Of a DNA stretch of 64,000 nt, positions 18,730 to 28,363 are shown in pieces. Source of the DNA: a virus; the IMG/VR virus record IMGVR_UViG_3300009610_000028, positions 19,415 through 83,414 of that record; one strand, written 5' to 3'. The translations under genes and the position numbers were made by a program. The first letter of the stretch is position 1; the number at the start of each line of letters is the position of its first letter. A model generated the notes under the pieces. It was not told the origin of the DNA. It did no database searches and saw only the letters and a list, made by a program, of their open reading frames with translations.

Positions 18730-20148
18730 ATGAACCTGTGGTATCTCTCTGTGGCCGCTGTGGCGTGCTACGCAAATGACAATGATGCTTTCGTGCCCGA
18801 ATTGTGGGCGAACGAGGGGTTGGCCATCCTCGAAGAGAATATGGTCGCCGCGAATCTCGTTCACCGCGATTTCGAGCCGGAGATTCGCAACTTCGGCGAT
18901 GTGGTCAACACCCGCCGGCCGGGCACCTTCGGCATTCGCCGGAAGGTTGACGGAGACACACTGAGCCAGCAAGACGCGAACGCGACGAACGTCCGTGTGC
19001 CTCTGGATCAGTGGTTCTACAACTCGTTCACGATCAAGGATGGCGAGGCTTCGCTGAGCTTCCAAGACCTCGTGGACATCTATCTGCTCCCCGGCATGCA
19101 GACCATTGCCCGCTCGGTTGACCGCGCGGTGCTCGGTCGCATCCATGCCTTCTTCAACACTCCGACCAAGCGAGCCGGCAAGCTCGGTGGCTTGGATTCC
19201 ACGACCGCCAAGGATTACACCTTGGAGGCTCGCCAGATTCTCAACGAGAACCTGGCCCCTCTCGACGGACGCCGGAGCCTTGTGCTCTCGCCCGCGAGCG
19301 AGACCGGAATGCTCAAGAACGAACTCTTCATCCGCGCCAACGAGCGTGGTGATGGTGGGTCGGCTCTTGAGAATGCGACCCTCGGTCGTATCCTCGGCTT
19401 CAACACGTTCCTTGACCAGAACGTGAACAACATCTCGACTGGTGCCGAGACTATCGCTGGCACGATCACCAACGCCCTCGCGGCTGGTGGATCGGGCAGC
19501 CAAGCTTGCACCGTCACGGCGTATGAGGTCAATGTTGGCGAGTTCGCGACGGTGGCTGGCAACATGCAGCCCACCTACGTGACCGCCCGCACGGCTTCGA
19601 CCAACACCACTGCCGTCACCTTCAATGAGGCCAACAAGTACGCCACGCTCGCTTCGGCGGTCCTGACTGTGTACAAGGCTTGCGATGTCAACGGCGCTTA
19701 CGCCGCTGGCTACAGCAAGGGCATCATCCTGGATGGCTGGAACACCGATCAGCCCCCGCAGGCTGGTCAGTTGGTTGCGTTCAACACCGGCAGCAACCGC
19801 CGGACCTACACCGTCATCAACAGCGAGCTTACCGCCGCTGGCGAGCAGACTGTGTACCTGGATCGGCCGCTCGAAGTCGCCCTGGCGAACAACGACCTGG
19901 CCTTCCCCGGTCCCTACGGTAGCTTCAACTGGGCGCTGCACCGCGAGGCCATTGCCCTCGTGAGCCGTCCGTTGGCCATGCCGAACAACCGCATGGGCGT
20001 GATGAGCCAAGTTGGTGTCCACAACGACATCAGCATGCGCGTCAGCATGCAGTACGACATCAGCGCCGGTGGCACCATCGTCAATCTCGACCTGCTCTGC
20101 GGTGTCGCGGTTCTCGATAGCCGTCTGTGCGTGCCGCTGCTTGGTTAA
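18730..20148 (+). CDS. Major capsid protein (HK97 fold, P22-coat-like) with tandem insertion domains
   Basis: VPELWA, LVHRDFE, GDVVN..RP, LGRILGF, HREAIALVSRPL and DLLCGV motifs. GGAG RBS, strong codon bias, terminator downstream. Confidence 0.92.
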   Translation: MNLWYLSVAAVACYANDNDAFVPELWANEGLAILEENMVAANLVHRDFEPEIRNFGDVVNTRRPGTFGIRRKVDGDTLSQQDANATNVRVPLDQWFYNSFTIKDGEASLSFQDLVDIYLLPGMQTIARSVDRAVLGRIHAFFNTPTKRAGKLGGLDSTTAKDYTLEARQILNENLAPLDGRRSLVLSPASETGMLKNELFIRANERGDGGSALENATLGRILGFNTFLDQNVNNISTGAETIAGTITNALAAGGSGSQACTVTAYEVNVGEFATVAGNMQPTYVTARTASTNTTAVTFNEANKYATLASAVLTVYKACDVNGAYAAGYSKGIILDGWNTDQPPQAGQLVAFNTGSNRRTYTVINSELTAAGEQTVYLDRPLEVALANNDLAFPGPYGSFNWALHREAIALVSRPLAMPNNRMGVMSQVGVHNDISMRVSMQYDISAGGTIVNLDLLCGVAVLDSRLCVPLLG

Positions 20149-20170
20149 TCCAAGGCAGTAGCCTTCATCG

Positions 20171-20209
20171 GGCTGCCCGGTCCAACCGGGCCGGGCAGCC
20201 TTTCTTTTT
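20171..20209 (+). terminator. Rho-independent terminator after the capsid gene
   Basis: GGCTGCCCGG/CCGGGCAGCC stem plus TTTCTTTTT. Confidence 0.88.
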
Positions 20210-20224
20210 ATCTCCGAGGGGAAC

Positions 20225-20479
20225 ATGCCCACGATTCTAGCAGTGGGTGAGTTTGGAGATGCGGTCGCACTGGTGAAACAGTTTGGCCCCTTCTTTCTCG
20301 CCGTAGTTTTCTTTCTGTGGCGGGACTGGCAGCGTGAAAACCGCCTCTCCAAACGCATCGACGAGCTAGAAGACGAGCATCGTCAAGTGCTTCTACCACT
20401 TGTCAAAGAGTCTTCGGCTTGCATCGCAACCAACACGCACGTGTTGGAACGCATCGAGAAATACCTTGACCGTTTGTAG
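20225..20479 (+). CDS. Holin-like single-TM protein
   Basis: QFGPFFLAVVFFLWRD TM segment followed by a coiled coil (BhlA-like layout). Confidence 0.55.
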   Translation: MPTILAVGEFGDAVALVKQFGPFFLAVVFFLWRDWQRENRLSKRIDELEDEHRQVLLPLVKESSACIATNTHVLERIEKYLDRL

Positions 20480-20488
20480 GAACATTGC

Positions 20489-20995
20489 ATGCAACCGCCT
20501 ATCAACAGAAATCTCAACCAGCGGATTCGCATGGCGCTCTACGCTCTCAAGCGGGACTACGGAGCACCAATCGACATCTACAAGCTGGTCAGCAGTTCAA
20601 CCGACGTGCGGACAGGGGTGAAGTCAGTCACCAAAACTGTCACTCATGTGCGTCGGGCAATTGTAGTCCCATCAAGAATTGATCGTATCGCTCAGCAAAC
20701 GATCTCCCTTATCTCAGCGAACAAACAGTTCGTTACCGGCGGCACTTGGGACGCGAGTCAGCGCGAATTCATCATCGACCGCCGAGACGTGCCAGTTCTT
20801 CCAGAACTCACTGCGGATGATTGGATTGTTTACAACAGCCGCAAGTATCAGGTCCGACAGATTGAAGCATTCGAGGTTGACGCCGGGTGGGTGATTGTCG
20901 CCCGCGAATTGGTAGGCGAAGTCCCCGAACAAATCTTTGATCTCTCAGCGGAATCACATCTTTCACTTACAGATGCCGCCGAGCTAACGGCATAG
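20489..20995 (+). CDS. Head closure (stopper) protein
   Basis: Position. YGAPIDIY, DVRTG and DDWIVYNSRKYQV pattern. Confidence 0.65.
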   Translation: MQPPINRNLNQRIRMALYALKRDYGAPIDIYKLVSSSTDVRTGVKSVTKTVTHVRRAIVVPSRIDRIAQQTISLISANKQFVTGGTWDASQREFIIDRRDVPVLPELTADDWIVYNSRKYQVRQIEAFEVDAGWVIVARELVGEVPEQIFDLSAESHLSLTDAAELTA

Positions 20996-21003
20996 GAGCA
21001 ACC

Positions 21004-21516
21004 ATGCCGGCGAACCCTAACTGGGCACGATGGATTTTCGCTTCCGTGGCAGACACGCTCAAAGCGGTCGCCACCGACATTGACTTGCCGGTGCTCGTAG
21101 AGCACTTCGATGAGCGCACAGCCGCCTTCGAGCAAGCCACCGACAAAGTGGAAATTCGCATCACGGGACCGTTCACTCAGGAACTGTCTCACAACTACCA
21201 CCGCATCTGGGTTGATGCGAACGTGCTTCTCACAAGCCGCTACGACGGCGCGAAGAAGAACCCGTTCAACATCATCAAGTACGCGGGTTTGTTTCACGAG
21301 GCTATGGCGGCCCCGATTCCTGTTTGGAATTTCGGGAACGAGCCAGGCGACTACCAGGATGGAAATGTGGATAGCCAGGTATTTCTTGGCTGCCTCGAAC
21401 CTCGGCCTGGGAAGAACGACAGCATTCGAGTCTTGCACTTCGGACAGATGGACAAGACCGACAAGATCAAACAGACGGCCGTGGATGCACGGTATGTCAT
21501 CTACCTCAACGAATAA
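21004..21516 (+). CDS. Tail terminator/completion protein
   Basis: Position directly before the tail tube, size, AGGAG RBS. Confidence 0.55.
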   Translation: MPANPNWARWIFASVADTLKAVATDIDLPVLVEHFDERTAAFEQATDKVEIRITGPFTQELSHNYHRIWVDANVLLTSRYDGAKKNPFNIIKYAGLFHEAMAAPIPVWNFGNEPGDYQDGNVDSQVFLGCLEPRPGKNDSIRVLHFGQMDKTDKIKQTAVDARYVIYLNE

Positions 21517-21531
21517 TAGCAGGAGATACGA

Positions 21532-22260
21532 ATGGCTCGTATTGAATTGCGAGACGCCGTTATCAAGATCAAAGACGGTCTTGCTGGAACGGCGCTCATC
21601 AACGAGAGCATGGCGATGTCGGGCGATACTGACCTGACCATCGACACTGTTTCTCTCAACACCACGGATACCGATCTGGTTCCCGTTGGTGCGCGTTTCA
21701 CTGTGCAAGGCGAGACCGCGAGCACGACTGTTCACACTGTTACCCAACGCACGGGTAACCCGGTGACGAACATTGTCTTCACGCCCGCTCTCACCGCCGG
21801 CACCTATAGCAACAACAACGTCCTCACGTTCACCAGCCAAGAAGTCGAGATCAAAGTCGGCGATGGCGATGTGACCTACACGGAATCGAACGAGTACAAC
21901 TACGATCTTGATCGTGGTGATCTTGACACCGTGCGCGAGGGCAACCAAGTCCCGATGGATGTGTCGTTCGACATTGTGTACGAACACATCACCACGGGCA
22001 CGAATGAGACCATCTCTCCAATGGATGCTCTCAAGCGGAAGGGTGGGGCCACTGAATGGGTCTCCAGTGCGAGCGATCTCTGCGAGCCTTACGCCGTGGA
22101 TGTCGAAGTCACGCACGCTTCGCCTTGCGGCACTTCGCAAGACGAGACCACGACCTTCCCCGACTTCCGTAGCGAGTCGCGCGAGATCAGTTTCGCCGAT
22201 TCGGTCATCTCTGTCTCTGGCCGCTGCAATGCCGTCGAACCCATCGTGGCCCGCAGCTAA
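21532..22260 (+). CDS. Tail tube protein 1
   Basis: AGGAG RBS, acidic T-rich, upstream of chaperone and tape measure, paralogue adjacent. Confidence 0.8.
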   Translation: MARIELRDAVIKIKDGLAGTALINESMAMSGDTDLTIDTVSLNTTDTDLVPVGARFTVQGETASTTVHTVTQRTGNPVTNIVFTPALTAGTYSNNNVLTFTSQEVEIKVGDGDVTYTESNEYNYDLDRGDLDTVREGNQVPMDVSFDIVYEHITTGTNETISPMDALKRKGGATEWVSSASDLCEPYAVDVEVTHASPCGTSQDETTTFPDFRSESREISFADSVISVSGRCNAVEPIVARS

Positions 22261-22270
22261 GGAGATATAA

Positions 22271-23293
22271 ATGGCACGGATTGAGCTTCGAGACGCCATC
22301 GTGCGTTTCAAGGATGGTTTTGGAGGGAGCGGCCTAGTCGATGACACGGCAATTGCTGGCGGCAACGACAGCTTGTCCATCGACACGCTCACCGGCCTAA
22401 CCAACAGTGTGACGCTGGTCCCTGTCGGGGCACGCTTCACAATCAACACGGTTGCGGACACGGTGTTCACCGTGACCGAATCAACTGCGAACGAGATTCA
22501 GCGGCTGACGATTGACGCTACTAGCGGCAACTTCACCCTAGACTTCGACGGCGAAGAGACCGCCAACATCTTGTTCAACGCGAATGCTGCCGCGATCCAA
22601 GCAGCGCTGGTTGCTCTGTCCAACATTGGACCGAGCGACGTGGTTGTCACCCTTGTGAGTGGCAGCATCTTCGACATCGAGTTCACTGGAGTCTATGAAG
22701 GACTCGACGTGGCCTTGATTATTGCAACGGACGTGGACCTTTCCGGCGGTGGCGACACCGTGGGCGTGGTTCTCCGCGAGCCGGCTGCCAGCACGAACTA
22801 CATCGAGTTCACCCCTGTCTTGGACGGCGGCGATCTGCCGGCGAACAACGACACGATCACGTTCCTGCCTCAGCAGATCGAAATCAAGGTGGGCGATGGC
22901 GATGTGACCTACACGGAATCAAACGAGTACAACTACGATCTTGATCGTGGCGATCTCGATACCGTCCGTGAAGGCAACCAAGTGCCGATGGATGTCGCGC
23001 TCGACATTGTGTACGAGCACATCACGACTGGCACCAGTGAAACCGTTTCGCCGATGGACGCCTTGAAGAAGAAGGGCGGAGCGTCGGGATGGTTTAGCTC
23101 AGCTTCGGATCAATGCGAACCCTACGCCATTGATGTTGAGATTGAGCATGCGTCTCCCTGCGGAACTTCGCAGGACGAGATTACGGTGTTCCCAGACTTC
23201 CGCAGTGAGTCCCGTGAAGTCAGCTTCTCGGATGCGGTGATCTCTGTCTCTGGTCGCTGCAATGCGGTCGAGCCGATTGTGACTCGCGTCTAA
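22271..23293 (+). CDS. Tail tube protein 2 (with ~95-aa NEIQ domain insertion)
   Basis: Same MARIELRDA start and near-identical EIKVGDGDVTYTESNEYNYDLDRGDLDTVREGNQVPMDV core. Confidence 0.8.
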   Translation: MARIELRDAIVRFKDGFGGSGLVDDTAIAGGNDSLSIDTLTGLTNSVTLVPVGARFTINTVADTVFTVTESTANEIQRLTIDATSGNFTLDFDGEETANILFNANAAAIQAALVALSNIGPSDVVVTLVSGSIFDIEFTGVYEGLDVALIIATDVDLSGGGDTVGVVLREPAASTNYIEFTPVLDGGDLPANNDTITFLPQQIEIKVGDGDVTYTESNEYNYDLDRGDLDTVREGNQVPMDVALDIVYEHITTGTSETVSPMDALKKKGGASGWFSSASDQCEPYAIDVEIEHASPCGTSQDEITVFPDFRSESREVSFSDAVISVSGRCNAVEPIVTRV

Positions 23294-23313
23294 ACAGTTC
23301 TCAGTCAGTTCAT

Positions 23314-23350
23314 AGCCGGGCTGACGCTCTGCGCCAGCCCGGCTTCTCTT
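23314..23350 (+). terminator. Rho-independent terminator after the tail tube genes
   Basis: AGCCGGGCTG/CAGCCCGGCT stem plus TCTCTT. Confidence 0.75.
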
Positions 23351-23373
23351 AACTATGCGAGGGAGAAATCGCA

Positions 23374-23895
23374 ATGAAGATTGGTGGAGTTGATCCGAAG
23401 ACTTTGACCCCGGAGTACACGCTTGTTCTTCCGCGTGGCGAGTCTGTCATCGTATTCAAAGCTCGTGGTCTGAAAGATTACGACGAGTTCAACAAGCTGT
23501 GCCCTGAGCCGTCCGTGCCCCGGAAGCTCACGAAGGACGGCTACGTTGATGACCTCAAGAACACAAACTACACGATTGATCGTGCCAGCTACGAGAAGCG
23601 ACGGCTGGCTTACATGATCGTCAAGTCACTGGAACCATCGGCCATCGAGTGGGAGACAGTGAACATCGACGTTCCCGGAACGTGGGCAAATTGGGAAGTC
23701 GATCTCAAGAACTCGGAATTCTCGCAAGTCGAGATGAACCGAGTTGTCGGCCTTGTCCTCGAAGCGAACTGCCTTGACGAACTCAAGCTCAAGCAGGCCC
23801 GCGATGTTTTTCTACGTGGTCCTCAGCCGGGGTCGGCCGCATCAAGTGGCCAGACTACCGAACCGGAGAATACGCCGTCTGGCGTGCCTGCGTAA
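23374..23895 (+). CDS. Tail assembly chaperone (gpG-like)
   Basis: Lies between tail tube and tape measure. GAGGGAG RBS. GTT TTT slippery run near the end. Confidence 0.75.
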   Translation: MKIGGVDPKTLTPEYTLVLPRGESVIVFKARGLKDYDEFNKLCPEPSVPRKLTKDGYVDDLKNTNYTIDRASYEKRRLAYMIVKSLEPSAIEWETVNIDVPGTWANWEVDLKNSEFSQVEMNRVVGLVLEANCLDELKLKQARDVFLRGPQPGSAASSGQTTEPENTPSGVPA

Positions 23896-24056
23896 GGCTA
23901 GGCATTCTCCCGCCCAACGTGAATCCACGTTGGGACGAAAACGGCCCAATGACTCAGGCCATGATCGTCGCCTTCGATCAGATCACGACGAACGACGAAA
24001 TGGAGCATGAGGCTCGAATGCTTGGGGCAGGGAAGCCCTCGGCCAAGAAAGCATAA
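23808..24056 (+). CDS. -1 frameshift extension of the tail chaperone (gpT-like)
   Basis: The -1 frame stays open from GAT GTT TTT CTA (23803-23814) to TAA 24054-24056: ...WPDYRTGEYAVWRACVRLGILPP...QAMIVAFDQI. Confidence 0.7.
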   Translation, partial: FSTWSSAGVGRIKWPDYRTGEYAVWRACVRLGILPPNVNPRWDENGPMTQAMIVAFDQITTNDEMEHEARMLGAGKPSAKKA

Positions 24057-24068
24057 GGGCTGTGGACC

Positions 24069-24587
24069 ATGAAATTCACGGGCAAGTTCAAAGCACCACG
24101 ACTGGCGCTCAAGCAATACCAAAAGCGCCTTGCTCAACAACTCAACACAGCCATCGCGGAAGCGACGGCTGAATGGTTGGGCGCAGTAGTAGATCGGGTG
24201 CCGGTGTGGAGTGGTGCATCACGCGCTACGTTCCTGCCGCTCGCCCGCGCAATCGACTACTCGTTGACCATTCAACCCTCCGTATTCGCAGGGCGGAATC
24301 GAGTCAACCTCGGCTTGTCACGATCAGACGGCGTAGTCGTATCTGATCCTGCCGCCGGCAAGTTCTTCATGCACTACGAGACGAGCTTACCGCATCTGAT
24401 CTGGAACGAGTTTCACAACGCAAACATCGACCCCGATCCTACTAAGTTCCGCGACGTGGACCTTATTGACCCAGGCCCTTACGAGTTTCAAAAGCTCGGC
24501 CAGGAAGCCTTCGAGCGTTACGCGGCAGGCGTCTCTCTGCCTGATCCGTATCTTTCTCTTCGCGTCAGAACAATCCGGGTGAAGTAG
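24069..24587 (+). CDS. HK97 gp10-like neck/tail completion protein
   Basis: VPVWSGASRA corresponds to the family PVDTG.LR motif. Confidence 0.6.
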   Translation: MKFTGKFKAPRLALKQYQKRLAQQLNTAIAEATAEWLGAVVDRVPVWSGASRATFLPLARAIDYSLTIQPSVFAGRNRVNLGLSRSDGVVVSDPAAGKFFMHYETSLPHLIWNEFHNANIDPDPTKFRDVDLIDPGPYEFQKLGQEAFERYAAGVSLPDPYLSLRVRTIRVK

Positions 24588-27500
24588 ATGGCTGATATTA
24601 CCCAGACACTCGGCTTTGACGCCGGGCAGGCTCTGGCTGCGCTCCAGCAGCTAGACGGCAGCCTTGCCACGTTCGAGGCACGGCTGCAAAGCACGGCGAC
24701 TGCGCTCAATACCTTCAAGACAGGTGGGCGTGGCATCGCTGGTGGCTTCACGAGAATTGGTAACGCCGCTGGTACAGCAACCACGGCACTCAATTCATTC
24801 CATCAAGCGGCTGCGGCAGCGAACCAAGCGGCGGTCCCACAGACGCCCGCTAACATCCAGGCGCTCATCCAAACGCTCACTCAGGTTCAAAGTAGCCTGA
24901 ACGGACTGGTTGGATCGGCGAACAAAGCACAAGCCGCGATCAACAAGCTCGCGACAAGCTCTGGACAGAATCTGAAAGCAGCCCAAGGGGCGGCCTCCAA
25001 ACTGGTAGTCACCTTCGGCACGCTGGCACGAGTCGTACAGACTCAGTTGATTGTGCGTGCCCTCTCGACCCTGCGCAGCGGACTAGAAGATTCAGTCGGC
25101 CAGGCAATTAAGTTCGAGACGCAACTAGCTCAGATTCAAACGATTGGCGGGCAGACAGTTGGCAGCTTGGGCGCAATCGGCGCACAAGTCCGAGCACTCA
25201 GCGAAGAGTTCGCTCAGCCGATTGAAGACGTAGCCCAAGGCTTCTATGACATCTTGTCGAATCAGATCGGCAACGCCGCTGATTCGGCCCTGGTGCTCCG
25301 TGAGTCCTTGCTGCTCTCCAAGGTCGCTGTGTCGAGCACGGCCGATGCCGCGAATGCTCTGTCGAGCATCATCAACAGCTACAACCTGAACGCCTCCGAC
25401 GCTGCCGACATTAGCGGCAAGCTGTTCGCTGCGGTGGATGTCGGGCGATTCGTGCTTAGCGACATCGCGAACACCATCGGTCGAGTGACAACGCTCGGTG
25501 CTGAGATGGGCGTCACGCTGGACGAAGTGCTCGCCTCTCTCTCGACGTTGACGATCAACGGTGTCAAGGCTGACGAAGCCATGACGCTCTTGTCGAATGC
25601 GATGCGTGGTCTGCTCAAGCCGACAAAGGCTATGCAGGCGGCGTTCGCCGAACTCAACGTCGATAGCGCCGAGATCGGTATTGCCACCTTCGGCTTCCAA
25701 GGCTTCCTAGAGAAGTTGCGGGAGACGACGAATGGCACCGCCTCGGAGATCACCCAACTCACTGAGAACATCCGCGTGGGTCGCGGAGTGTTCGGCTTGA
25801 CCGGAAAGGCCGCCGAACAATACCAGAAGGCCCTCGAAGAGATCAGAAAGAGCGGCGCGCAAAACGCTCGCGAGAAGTCGGCTCTGATCCTGGAGACCAA
25901 TGCTCAGCAAGTCCAGAAGGAATTTACCGAGCTTCGCAACCTGTTGGTTGTGGACTTCGGTCAGAAGGCTCTGCCTGTCATCAAAGAACTCTTCGACGCC
26001 TTCGGTGTCGAAGGGAAGACTGGAATCCTGGCGGTCACTGACTCCCTATTGTTCTTCCTTAGCTCACTTGCAAAGGCACAGAAGGAAGCCTCCGAGTTTT
26101 GGGGTCCGATCATCACGGGGGCCTTGCGGTTTTCAGACATCATCACACTTGGAATCATTCCAGGTCTCGGTGAGTTGAACGATGCGCTCACTGGCAACGC
26201 ACTGAGCGTTGACCAAATCCGGCGCAAGCAGGAAGTGCAGTTCAATGAGTTCAGCAAGAACGTCGATCAAGAGGCCGCGCTGCTCTTGATCGCTGAGAAG
26301 AAGAAACAAACCTCTCGGCAAGAAACGATTGACATTGCGTTCAAGTCACAACTTGAACTCGCTGCTCAAGTCGATGCGATCTACAAGAAGGATCGCGACA
26401 GTGCCGTTGCTGCCCAGAAGCAAATCACGGATCGCATCAAGGGCCAATTGAAAGAGCGGCTCTCGTTGATCGAGAAGGTCATCAACGAGCTTGAGAAGAA
26501 GCAGCAAGACTCGCAGCGAATCGTTGATAAGAATCGCAAAGAGAGTGCTGACCTCTTCCTCAAGGGCGAAGAGAAGTTCTTTGACCGACGCATTCGGTTT
26601 TTCAGCGAAGAGCAAAAAGCTGTTCTTGATATTCAGCGGTCACAGGAACTGAGTCGCCGAGCGTCCGACCTTGCGAACAAGCAGGACTTCGAGGGCGCAG
26701 ACGAGCTTCTCCAGAACGCAGACGCCCGCGCCAATGCGGCCTTGGAACTCGCAGACAACCGGCTCAAGGAAGCGAAGAGTTCCCAAGAGCAGTTCGACGC
26801 CCAACAGCAAATCCTGTCAGCAGAGAACGAGGTCAAGAGGGTTCTACAAGAACGCCTCAATCTGCGAGCACAAGAGAACAAGCTGGCAGAGGAACAAGCG
26901 GCTGCGGCTCAGAAGGAAATCGTTGCCCGTCGCGAACAGTTGAAAGACGCGAAGGAACTGATCGGTCAGATCACCAAGTTCCAAGTGCTCGCCAAGGATG
27001 AAGGCAAGAGCATTGGTGATCGAGAGACCGCGAAGAAAGCAATCGAGCCACTCGCAAAGCAGCTTGAAAGCGTCTTGAGTCGCGGCGATCTGAGCATCGA
27101 GCAATTTCTAGGTATCCAGGACTTCACAAAGAAGATTCGCGGTGACTTTGAAAGCGCACTCGATGGTCGGCCTGTCAGTTTGAACTTTGCCTTCCAAGAA
27201 GGCATCAACGACATCTTCAACAAGCTGAACGGACATCGCGTCGAGATCACTGGACTTATCAACAAGCTCGAACTGTCGAGCGAAGCGAAGTTCAGCGAAG
27301 TGACCGGAGCGAAGGAGATTCGCAAGGCATTAGTCGATAAGAAAAACGAACTCGGCAAAGCCATCAACGATCTCTCCGGCATCCCGCAGAGCGAAGCGAA
27401 TCTCAAGAAGACTCGCGAGCGGGCTGGCAAACTAGCTTTAGACCCCTCGCTGGAAAATGCCAATAAGTTTCTCAGGGGCGATCTGACTGATGTTCAGGCT

Positions 27501-28361
27501 GAGGCCGAGAAGGCAATTCAAGGCCAGGCGAACATCCTCGAAGTCCTGATCGACCACTTCCTGACGGCTCGGAAAGAGATGCAGGCGGAGGCTCAAACCC
27601 TCACGGGCGAAGAGAATCAGGTCAAGCGCGATACGCTTGTCACAGGTGCCGAAACTCTGTTCACGCTAGTCGGCACTCTCAAAGAGTTGCAAGAGGGCGC
27701 GATCAAGCTCCAGGCTCTCAAGAACTCTGAGTCCCAGGTAAACGCCGCTATCAACCAGAATCAGGCCGTTGGCCTGGGCGCTGAGTTTGATAAGACGAAG
27801 CTTGCGGAGAATCAGCAAGCGGCCATCGACAAAGCGAAAGAACTCAATGTGCAGACGGCTGGTGTTGGCACGGCTGCCATCGCCGGCGCTGCGGCGGCGG
27901 CTCAGCCGCTTGACGGTTTGAAGGGCAAGCTGGACGCTGCGGCAACTTCTGCTGCTCGACTGAAAGCGATCCTGAATGACATCAACGCTCCCGACATTGA
28001 AGAACCCGATTTCGAGTTCGACATGCGGGGTGGAGTGATTCGTGGATTCAATCGTGGTGGTCGGATCAACAGTCGCTACTTCGCCAAGGGCGGACTCGCT
28101 CGTGGCACCGACACAATTCCAACGATGCTTGGCTCTGGCGAAACAGTCGTCGATGCCAAGAACAGTTCTCGCTTCTTCTCTCAACTCCAAGCAATTCGTG
28201 CTGGTGTGACGCCCAACTTCGACCGAAGTCCAGGCGTGACCCATCACAACACCACTGTGGGTGACATCATCATCCAGGGCGCTCAGCAACCTAACAAGGT
28301 TGCACGAGAAGTCATGTCTGCGATCAAGCGTGAGCAACGTCGCAACACGAGCCGCCTGTAA
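24588..28361 (+). CDS. Tail tape measure protein (TP901-family core)
   Basis: 1257 aa, Ala/Gln-rich helical. FETQLAQIQT core and C-terminal FAKGG...GTDTIPTMLGSGE motif. Confidence 0.93.
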   Translation: MADITQTLGFDAGQALAALQQLDGSLATFEARLQSTATALNTFKTGGRGIAGGFTRIGNAAGTATTALNSFHQAAAAANQAAVPQTPANIQALIQTLTQVQSSLNGLVGSANKAQAAINKLATSSGQNLKAAQGAASKLVVTFGTLARVVQTQLIVRALSTLRSGLEDSVGQAIKFETQLAQIQTIGGQTVGSLGAIGAQVRALSEEFAQPIEDVAQGFYDILSNQIGNAADSALVLRESLLLSKVAVSSTADAANALSSIINSYNLNASDAADISGKLFAAVDVGRFVLSDIANTIGRVTTLGAEMGVTLDEVLASLSTLTINGVKADEAMTLLSNAMRGLLKPTKAMQAAFAELNVDSAEIGIATFGFQGFLEKLRETTNGTASEITQLTENIRVGRGVFGLTGKAAEQYQKALEEIRKSGAQNAREKSALILETNAQQVQKEFTELRNLLVVDFGQKALPVIKELFDAFGVEGKTGILAVTDSLLFFLSSLAKAQKEASEFWGPIITGALRFSDIITLGIIPGLGELNDALTGNALSVDQIRRKQEVQFNEFSKNVDQEAALLLIAEKKKQTSRQETIDIAFKSQLELAAQVDAIYKKDRDSAVAAQKQITDRIKGQLKERLSLIEKVINELEKKQQDSQRIVDKNRKESADLFLKGEEKFFDRRIRFFSEEQKAVLDIQRSQELSRRASDLANKQDFEGADELLQNADARANAALELADNRLKEAKSSQEQFDAQQQILSAENEVKRVLQERLNLRAQENKLAEEQAAAAQKEIVARREQLKDAKELIGQITKFQVLAKDEGKSIGDRETAKKAIEPLAKQLESVLSRGDLSIEQFLGIQDFTKKIRGDFESALDGRPVSLNFAFQEGINDIFNKLNGHRVEITGLINKLELSSEAKFSEVTGAKEIRKALVDKKNELGKAINDLSGIPQSEANLKKTRERAGKLALDPSLENANKFLRGDLTDVQAEAEKAIQGQANILEVLIDHFLTARKEMQAEAQTLTGEENQVKRDTLVTGAETLFTLVGTLKELQEGAIKLQALKNSESQVNAAINQNQAVGLGAEFDKTKLAENQQAAIDKAKELNVQTAGVGTAAIAGAAAAAQPLDGLKGKLDAAATSAARLKAILNDINAPDIEEPDFEFDMRGGVIRGFNRGGRINSRYFAKGGLARGTDTIPTMLGSGETVVDAKNSSRFFSQLQAIRAGVTPNFDRSPGVTHHNTTVGDIIIQGAQQPNKVAREVMSAIKREQRRNTSRL

Positions 28362-28363
28362 CT

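Noticed and set aside
18658-20358. 566-aa antisense ORF over the capsid gene
   Set aside because: Shadow of strong GC3 codon bias. No motifs, and fully opposite a clear gene.
20848-22470. 540-aa antisense ORF over the neck and tail tube genes
   Set aside because: Same shadow effect. The underlying plus-strand genes share a frame, which keeps the antisense frame open.
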